DNA of 64,000 nucleotides from Alphaproteobacteria bacterium (GTDB lineage Bacteria; Pseudomonadota; Alphaproteobacteria; GCA-2731375): NCBI GenBank assembly GCA_965232515.1, contig CBDDPY010000002.1, positions 7,008,001 to 7,072,000 of the forward strand, read 5' to 3'. Shown piece by piece: positions 57,490 to 64,000 of this stretch (position 1 is its first letter; each line of letters starts with the position of its first letter). The notes under the pieces were generated by a model. It saw only the letters and a program-made list of their open reading frames with translations, ran no database searches and was not told where the DNA came from. The position numbers and the translations under genes were made by a program.

Positions 57490-59483
57490 GGTTCGGCTGA
57501 TCCTGATCGCACCCAGAAGCGGTGCGTCGCCGTTCGGGGGCCGGGTTTCCAGCCCAGCCGTGTGAGTATTCTCGTGACCCGGTTCTGGCCCGTTCGATCT
57601 TGACGCGGCGTATCAATGCCAAGCGAGCTCATGACTTGACCTACGGTTACGGACGACCTGTCTGACAAAAATCGTTCGATCGGTTCTTCCCAAACATCGG
57701 CATCGTAGCGACTCTGTTGTTTCCCTAGCGTTGCGGCCAAGATCCCGTCGTCTGTGATGTGCCAGGCATGGCCTTCGCGGTAGAGGTGCACTGCTTCCGT
57801 CCAAAGCTGCTCTCCGTCTGTCCGCAAAGACGCCAGATCAACTTCATGGATTTGAACCGGCCAATATCGCCGTCCGCCAGTCTCGTCCTTGAGGTAGCTT
57901 GATTTATTCGTCGTGCCGACAAAGACACATTGGCGTGGATACTCCTGCTCACGGCGACCGTAAGCTGGCCTGAACCGATCGACATCTCTGCTCAAAAACG
58001 CCTTGGCGGCGGTTGCATCGGCCTTGCTCATTGCGTCCAGCTCGGACAGCTCGACGATCCATTTTCCGCGCAGATGGTCGGAAGCGTCTTTGGTACCGAT
58101 CTCGGGCAGGGCATCGCTGAAGTGATCGTCGCCGCAAAGTATCCGACAGGCCGTCGATTTGCCGATGCCTTGCCGGCCTTCGAAGATGAGGATGTGGTCA
58201 GCCTTACACCCGGGATCGAATACCCCCGCTACAGCCGATATCAGCCACATCGTTCCGACAGCGCGCACGTAGTCGCTTTCGTCCGCGCCGAGATAGCGGA
58301 CAAGCCACGGTCGAAGGATTTCACCGTCAACGGTTGTGCCGCCGCGGACCCGCGGGACACCGTCCCATTCGAGTCTCCGCAACCAGTCACGGACGGGATG
58401 ATATGGCAGCTCACTGGCCCGCGACGTGATCGCGTTTGTCACCGCATTAATCGCGACGGTCTCCAAACCGGCGAGCTGCAGCCATTCCTGGGATGCCACA
58501 TCGTCGACATCGCTCCAGTGCTGCGGTTTGGTGCGCTCGGATGGCGCATTCTTCGAATGCGAGGGAACCGGTCGCAACCGCATGACCTGGTTACGCATCT
58601 CGTCAAAGCCGATCACGCCTCGCCATGCCGGATCACAGCGCACCGCCAGCATCACGTTGGCGTGGTTCGATCTGATCTGGCCGCGGACACCTGTCTGGCA
58701 CCTGTCACGCCAGTTCTGATCGATCGTGCCGTCAAACGTATCAACGGCGTTGGTGAGGGCGTGCAGCTGCTCTGCGGTTCCACCGATTTCGATCCAATCG
58801 AACGGATCTCCCTTCGGCGGCAGGTCTGGAAGTTGCAGTAAGCGGACGCTTGCCGCAACCGGCTGCAGCCATTCCGCGACTGACATTCCATGTCTTTGAC
58901 CGGCTTGACCGTTGTCGGGGAGGATGACGACATCACGATCCACAAAGTAGGCCGCATACTCTTCGCGCCATTTCATGGCACCGCCCGGACTGCAGGTCGC
59001 TGTCAGGCCAAGCGATCGCAAGGCCTCGACTGCCTTTTCGCCCTCGACGATGAAGACATATCTTTCCTTGGAGGAAACAAGCTCGGGCAGACGATACGGG
59101 ACCTGCTTAGTGCGGCCGAGTTTCCAGATCCAGCCGCCGCGGCCGTCAGGCCGTCGTTGTCTGAATGACTTGGGCCGCAGCCGGACGACCTGAAAGAGCA
59201 ACGTTCCGTCGGCGTCAACGTAGTCATACGTGGCTTCGATGACCCCCCGAGAATGGTTATTGGTTTGCCGCTCCTTTCGCTTCAGTAAGCCCAGCTTGTG
59301 CAGGGCCTCGTAGACGTCTTCCTGACTACAGCCGGCATGGCAGTGCCAAAGGACTTCACCGTTGTCGGCGTTCCGAAGTGTCAGGCTCGGCTTCTTGTCG
59401 TCGTGGGCAGGGCAGCGGCAGATCCATTCACTGCCACTTCGACTTGCAAGACCGAGTTGCCTGGCGATTTTCCCGGCGTCCAT
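57477..59483 (-). CDS. primase-helicase (Zn finger, TOPRIM, VapE ATPase)
   Basis: CPAHDD..WHCHAGC; VEGEK..PDNG; GRQGIGKST Walker A; IVELSE; TGGRRYWP. Confidence 0.9.
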   Translation of the reverse strand: MDAGKIARQLGLASRSGSEWICRCPAHDDKKPSLTLRNADNGEVLWHCHAGCSQEDVYEALHKLGLLKRKERQTNNHSRGVIEATYDYVDADGTLLFQVVRLRPKSFRQRRPDGRGGWIWKLGRTKQVPYRLPELVSSKERYVFIVEGEKAVEALRSLGLTATCSPGGAMKWREEYAAYFVDRDVVILPDNGQAGQRHGMSVAEWLQPVAASVRLLQLPDLPPKGDPFDWIEIGGTAEQLHALTNAVDTFDGTIDQNWRDRCQTGVRGQIRSNHANVMLAVRCDPAWRGVIGFDEMRNQVMRLRPVPSHSKNAPSERTKPQHWSDVDDVASQEWLQLAGLETVAINAVTNAITSRASELPYHPVRDWLRRLEWDGVPRVRGGTTVDGEILRPWLVRYLGADESDYVRAVGTMWLISAVAGVFDPGCKADHILIFEGRQGIGKSTACRILCGDDHFSDALPEIGTKDASDHLRGKWIVELSELDAMSKADATAAKAFLSRDVDRFRPAYGRREQEYPRQCVFVGTTNKSSYLKDETGGRRYWPVQIHEVDLASLRTDGEQLWTEAVHLYREGHAWHITDDGILAATLGKQQSRYDADVWEEPIERFLSDRSSVTVGQVMSSLGIDTPRQDRTGQNRVTRILTRLGWKPGPRTATHRFWVRSGSAEPMTQ

Positions 59484-59495
59484 CGAAGCCGCTCG

Positions 59496-59888
59496 CTATC
59501 GGCGCCGACGATGGGCCGATGTTTGTTGTTGGGCTTGCGCCGCCAAGTGCTCCTTGAGCGTGGGGATGTGAAACAGCAGAGTGCGCCCGAGCCGGATTGG
59601 CTTCGGCAACCCGCGCAGGCGGACCCAGCGTTCGATAGTCCGCTGAGACACGCCGAATAGCTGGGCGATCTGTTCCTTGCGTGCATACTCAGACAGGATC
59701 GCATCGTTAGCTGGCGTCGAAGACGGATCAACGTGCTCTGGCTTTTGAATGCAGTTGCCCGAATCTACATTGGCGTCTGTGACCGGATGGTCCTTGGGCA
59801 GCCGGCGAGGGGACATAACGGCGAACTCCTGTCGCTGAGTGACGTGTCCCTCCGGTTTCGTCGCGATGGCAGGCCCAATAAAGAACAA
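59496..59888 (-). CDS. AlpA/excisionase-like HTH protein
   Basis: IAQLFGVSQRTIERWVRLRGLPKPIRLGR; true start is probably downstream. Confidence 0.8.
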   Translation of the reverse strand: MFFIGPAIATKPEGHVTQRQEFAVMSPRRLPKDHPVTDANVDSGNCIQKPEHVDPSSTPANDAILSEYARKEQIAQLFGVSQRTIERWVRLRGLPKPIRLGRTLLFHIPTLKEHLAAQAQQQTSAHRRRR

Positions 59889-59922
59889 TATTCCTCAATA
59901 TGTTTTGTGGTTTTGAGGCTCG

Positions 59923-61167
59923 TTAAGCGCCGCTCGTCTCGGCCTTTACGAGCGGCCGCAAAGTCCGGCGAATGGTCTCCTCGCTCAACGCTCTGACGTC
60001 ATCGTCTGCCGACGTCAGCAACACCTGATCTCGGACCCGATAGACCAGCTCTTTCATCGGGTTGGATCGGCTGATCTCCCTCCGCTCGAGGAGGGTATTG
60101 TAGGCAGCCACAATCTCTGGTTTCCGAGACGGTCGACCTGGCTTCCGGCTCTCAGTCTGGCGGAGGCCCTCGGAGCCATTTTCGATCGCTACCGAGTTGG
60201 CTTGTAAGGCGCCGCCCTTACTGCGTTCGCTATTGACGCTGACCCTTACGGGCAGCGGCGCGCTTCCCTGCAGCGCCACCGTCGACTCCTCGAAGTTGAA
60301 TTCCAAGAATTCAACCCGGTCTGCGGGGACCGGTTTGGGCTCTTCAAACGGATTAGTGAGGCCGCTCAGGATGACGTGGCCCGATTTTGCGAGCCGTACT
60401 AGCTCCGAACGGAGTCTTTCGTCGAGATCGATGAAATACCAATGGCGTTCGCTTCCTCGTTTCTCATCTGGATCTTCAGGGGCGCCCAAAATGAGGAGGC
60501 CGCCGCCGAAGTCGTACCGTGTTCCGTGCCTTGCCAGAAAAATGAACTCTCGATCTGCTGGATCTGCCAGCGCATCGACGGCGTCTAACAAGCTACTGTT
60601 CGGTCGGATTGCGTTTTCTGGTTGTGCAGCATTAACGACGATATCCGAGAATGTCTTGATCCATTCCCGCTCCCGGCCTCGTCGCTCTCGACGGTACAAA
60701 GAATTTTGTTGAAAGGATATGAAGCTGTCTGGCCGCGACCACCATTCGGCTGGTATTTCGGTCCTATCGAGCTCGTGGGTCGGTGGCTCTTTCGTGCCAC
60801 GTGCAATCCAGTTGCCGTTTCGTAGCTGCTCGATCAGATCGACGACGAGTTGTTGACCGCTTTCGTTGAGCGGATTGGCAATTTGCTCCGAGATAGTCCT
60901 GTACAGGCCCTTGGCCCGCGAATAGCTGATCGATTTGACGTTCCACAATATCCAGCGACGACCGCGAAAATTTCTTCCTTCAAATCGCACTGGAACCAAT
61001 TTAGGGAAACTTCTCCAAACTGGCGATAATCCGGATTCCTCAAGATCCTCCTTCGCGCGCTGCTTCTGGACAGCGATATCCGCATTCGCAAGGACGTGTT
61101 TTTCGTAGACGACATTCAGCGGACAGCCAAGGGTCAGACAACCTGTCCAATCTGGAATTTCGGTCAT
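59923..61167 (-). CDS. hypothetical protein with C-terminal GRP/HTH-like motif
   Basis: 414-aa ORF; KPGRPSRK...SEETIRR; between the integrase and HTH genes. Confidence 0.7.
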   Translation of the reverse strand: MTEIPDWTGCLTLGCPLNVVYEKHVLANADIAVQKQRAKEDLEESGLSPVWRSFPKLVPVRFEGRNFRGRRWILWNVKSISYSRAKGLYRTISEQIANPLNESGQQLVVDLIEQLRNGNWIARGTKEPPTHELDRTEIPAEWWSRPDSFISFQQNSLYRRERRGREREWIKTFSDIVVNAAQPENAIRPNSSLLDAVDALADPADREFIFLARHGTRYDFGGGLLILGAPEDPDEKRGSERHWYFIDLDERLRSELVRLAKSGHVILSGLTNPFEEPKPVPADRVEFLEFNFEESTVALQGSAPLPVRVSVNSERSKGGALQANSVAIENGSEGLRQTESRKPGRPSRKPEIVAAYNTLLERREISRSNPMKELVYRVRDQVLLTSADDDVRALSEETIRRTLRPLVKAETSGA

Positions 61168-61317
61168 TCGAACAGACTCTGAACTACCGTCGGTTACACC
61201 TCTGTTGCCGGCGGTCCAAGATTGCTCATTGCAGAATCACCTAATGGTAGCATCCGAGAGCGAGCGCAAAAAAATGGGCCGCATCGCGGCCCATGCGGCG
61301 GGTTGGTTCGCAAGCGG

Positions 61318-62499
61318 CTAGCAGCCGCCTCTCGGCGAGGCGGGAGATCCATTGCCGAACTTGCTGACGACCGATCCGACGCGATCGGTTGCTTCCCGCA
61401 GCGGATCGTCGAATAGGTGCGAGTAACGCGCCGTGGTGTTCGGCTGGGTGTGGCCGAGGAGTGCGCCGATGACGGGCAACGAGAGCCCTTCGCTCGCCAG
61501 AATGCTGGCGTAGGTATGTCGGAGGTCGTGGATACGGAAGTCGGCGAGATCGGCGTTTCGGCAGACGCTGGCCCAGAACTTCTTTATGTCTTGCAAAGGC
61601 TGGTCGGTAGTCTTGCCGGGAAAGACATACCGCGAATCGACGTTGTCTTTGCGGAGCCCCGTCAACAGCTCCAAGGCGGGGGCCGACAACGGTATGCGGT
61701 GTTCCTTCTTCTGTTTGGTGTGAGAGCTGGACTTGACCCAGATGCCCTTGGCCAGATCGAACTGATCCCACGTCGCAGTCAGAACTTCACCTCGACGTGC
61801 GCCGGTCAGCAGCAGCAGGCGGATCGCGTTGGCACTGGGCTGGTCAGCATATTCGTCAAGCACGGCTAACAGACGCTTCAGTTCCTCGGTCGACAGATAT
61901 CGTGTTCGTTTGGGTTCGGGATTGCGACGCAGGCCGTTGACCGGATTATCGGTCCGATAGTTCCAGCGGATCGCCAGGTTGAACATCTTCGACAGCAACT
62001 GGGCCAACCGGTTGGCGCGGATCGGCCGTGTCCGGCTCACCTGGGCGTGGATGCGGTCGATGTCGTCGTGCCGAACTTCGAAGACCTTCAGATTGCCGAT
62101 TTCGGGCAGCACCAGCTTTTCCAGCATGGCGCTGTCGTCCTGCCGGGCTCGTGCCACCTTGTGCACCGCGTGTTCGCGCAGATAGCGCTCAGCCAGATCC
62201 TTTACGGTCGGGGCTGCACGTTCGGCGTGGCGCACGCCCATCGGATCTTCTCCGCGATCGACACTCTGTTTCTGGCGCTTGGCCTCTTCGCGTGCCGCCG
62301 CAACGAACCAGTCGGGATAGGACCCGATCGTGATGCGGCGTTCCCTGCCGTTGACACGGTAGTTCAGGATGAAGGCCTTGGCGCCGGCGGCGGTCACGCG
62401 TGCGCCGAAACCTTTGATCTCGCTGTCATACGTGATCTTGTTCCCGCGCGCGGGGCTGGGAAGGGCGCGGACGACTTTGTTTGTAAGCTTGATAGCCAT
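61318..62499 (-). CDS. tyrosine integrase of element 2
   Basis: Arm domain; TGARRGE, HDLRH and LLGH..TTARY motifs. Confidence 0.95.
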   Translation of the reverse strand: MAIKLTNKVVRALPSPARGNKITYDSEIKGFGARVTAAGAKAFILNYRVNGRERRITIGSYPDWFVAAAREEAKRQKQSVDRGEDPMGVRHAERAAPTVKDLAERYLREHAVHKVARARQDDSAMLEKLVLPEIGNLKVFEVRHDDIDRIHAQVSRTRPIRANRLAQLLSKMFNLAIRWNYRTDNPVNGLRRNPEPKRTRYLSTEELKRLLAVLDEYADQPSANAIRLLLLTGARRGEVLTATWDQFDLAKGIWVKSSSHTKQKKEHRIPLSAPALELLTGLRKDNVDSRYVFPGKTTDQPLQDIKKFWASVCRNADLADFRIHDLRHTYASILASEGLSLPVIGALLGHTQPNTTARYSHLFDDPLREATDRVGSVVSKFGNGSPASPRGGC

Positions 62500-62513
62500 G
62501 CGGCAAACCTATC

Positions 62514-62534
62514 ATGTCCGCATTGTGTCCGCAT
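62514..62534 (+). repeat. candidate integrase arm sites, right end of element 2
   Basis: ATGTCCGCATTGTGTCCGCAT. Confidence 0.65.
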
Positions 62535-62675
62535 CAATTTTGCGCTCGAGTGTCGCACTTTGTCGCCGCATATCCAGCTTTGTGCCTATGTAATACCTTG
62601 AAAATGTTGTAGAAATACGTCTTAAACGGTCGGCACCAATAACTTCAATGACTTGCAAGAAATATCAGAAACTGA

Positions 62676-62720
62676 CTCATAACCTGAAGGTCGCAGGTTC
62701 AAATTCTGCCCCCACAACCA
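62676..62720 (+). repeat. attR: second tRNA-fMet 3' fragment
   Basis: CTCATAACCTGAAGGTCGCAGGTTCAAATTCTGCCCCCACAACCA; 2 mismatches against 25142-25186. Confidence 0.9.
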
Positions 62721-62724
62721 ATCG

Positions 62725-62755
62725 CAAGAAAGCCACCCAACGGGTGGCTTTCTTG
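62725..62755. terminator. strong hairpin / terminator after attR
   Basis: CAAGAAAGCCACCC-AAC-GGGTGGCTTTCTTG, perfect 14-bp stem. Confidence 0.75.
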
Positions 62756-62826
62756 TGGTTTGGCTTGCGCGGTCAGAGTCTGAACATGTGCCCATGAAGG
62801 TTATGGCCGCGACCAACGGGCGCGCG

Positions 62827-62949
62827 CATAACTTGAAGGCTGAGGGCGTGTAGAAAAAGCGCCAGTGGCGCTCTTTTAGCCCGAAGGTCGAGCACCGGCG
62901 AACAGCCGGCCCGCAAACAGCGCAGCTTCAAATTCTGACCCCGAAACCA
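62827..62949 (+). pseudogene. degenerate third tRNA-fMet 3' fragment interrupted by an ~80-bp palindromic insert
   Basis: CATAACTTGAAGG ... CGCAGCTTCAAATTCTGACCCCGAAACCA. Confidence 0.65.
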
Positions 62950-63167
62950 AACTTCCGACAAATTCAACACGCTGCACAACCGGTCCCACACAATATTAGT
63001 CCTGCGCATATCTGCATCCGCAGGGTGTCCGAAAATCCGCGAGACACCTGGGAGGCAGAAGCCGATCCAAGAGCGTCTGTACGCATCAACATTGAGACTG
63101 CCAATTCCACAATATGACTTCTTTCAAGATCTGCTGCTTACAGCACCTAAGACAGAATCATTCGTGA

Positions 63168-64000
63168 CTATTTGGTTGAAGCGACGAACACACCGTCCCA
63201 ATCGGGATCGGGCGGATTCTCGCGATAGTAATCGACCCGCACGTCGTAGAGATCATACAGCGGTTCCAGATCGTCGCCCCATTCACGACACTGCTTGATC
63301 AGTGCCGCCGCCCGATCCCAATCCTGTCGACGGAATGCCGCCAGCATCCGGGTATGTCTGTCGATTAGTTCGGCGAACCGGCCGTCGTTGCTGACACTTT
63401 CATCGCCAAGCAGAGCGAAGATTCGAACCGCCTCACGCTTGCCTTTCACGGCAATCAGATCGAGCTCGACGGTCGCGTAGCCTTTCGCCTCTCGTTGCGT
63501 TTCCTCGCCGATCACGATACCGACTCCGTAGTTCTTTGATTGACCTTCAAGACGCGCGGCCAGGTTCACCGCATCGCCCAGCACGGAATAATCGAATCGT
63601 TGCTGCGACCCCATGTTGCCAACGACGCATTCGCCCGAATTCAGGCCGATGCCGATGGCGAGCGGCAGGGGCTTCCTATCCTCGGCTGCCGCTTCGGTGA
63701 CAAGTTGTTCGTTCAGTTTGCGCAGCTCCTCGAACATGGCGAGCGCCGATTGGCAGGCATGCTCGGCGTGAAGGGGGTCGTCTAGCGGCGCATTCCAGAA
63801 CGCCATGATGCAGTCGCCCATGTATTTGTCGATGGTGCCGCCGCGGGCCAGGATGGCGTCCGTCATCGGCGTCAGGAAGCGATTGATCAGCGTCGTCAGG
63901 CCTTGCGGGTCGCCCTTGAAGCCCTCCGAGATCGAGGTGAAGCCGCGTACGTCGCAGAACAGGAAGGTCATTTGGCGCACTTCGCCGCCGAGCTTCAGCA
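63168..64000 (-). CDS. class III adenylate/guanylate cyclase (5' end beyond window)
   Basis: FCDVRGFT, IDKYMGDCIMAFWNAP and GDAVNLAARLEG motifs. Confidence 0.93.
   Translation of the reverse strand, partial: LKLGGEVRQMTFLFCDVRGFTSISEGFKGDPQGLTTLINRFLTPMTDAILARGGTIDKYMGDCIMAFWNAPLDDPLHAEHACQSALAMFEELRKLNEQLVTEAAAEDRKPLPLAIGIGLNSGECVVGNMGSQQRFDYSVLGDAVNLAARLEGQSKNYGVGIVIGEETQREAKGYATVELDLIAVKGKREAVRIFALLGDESVSNDGRFAELIDRHTRMLAAFRRQDWDRAAALIKQCREWGDDLEPLYDLYDVRVDYYRENPPDPDWDGVFVASTK

Overview
A GC-rich, alphaproteobacterial-like window made of tandem integrative elements at a tRNA-fMet site. Three 3'-half tRNA-fMet copies (25137-25186, 62676-62720, degenerate 62827-62949) divide it; the intact tRNA is not in the window. 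(1) 1-25186 is the right part of a Tn4371/ICEMlSym-type ICE: a frameshifted msi172-msi171 (FseA-like) activator, rdfS, DUF2840, traF, relaxase, traG, copG, trbBCDEJLFGI, a DdmABC-like Lamassu defence operon and a tyrosine integrase. (2) 25137-62720 is a ~37.5 kb element with its own integrase, HTH protein and primase-VapE helicase but no conjugation or capsid genes. Its cargo is a T1SS locus: hlyB, hlyD, an HlyC acyltransferase, an AT-rich lipoprotein, a ~7800-aa RTX protein and a divergent TPR-glycosyltransferase. The giant protein reads as an AT-rich N-terminal lipase-like domain, a hydrophobic glycine-zipper segment, an FrpC-like self-processing module lacking the scissile Asp, RTX blocks, 8 Ig-like domains, 9 blocks of seven ~55-aa repeats, a LamG/pentraxin-like domain and a C-terminal T1SS signal. 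The best candidate for a new system is an acylated, T1SS-secreted polymorphic toxin-adhesin with an exchangeable N-terminal effector plus immunity cassette. (3) After 62720 come a decayed att relic and the 3' part of an adenylate/guanylate cyclase gene. All family calls are from motif recognition by eye, not database searches.
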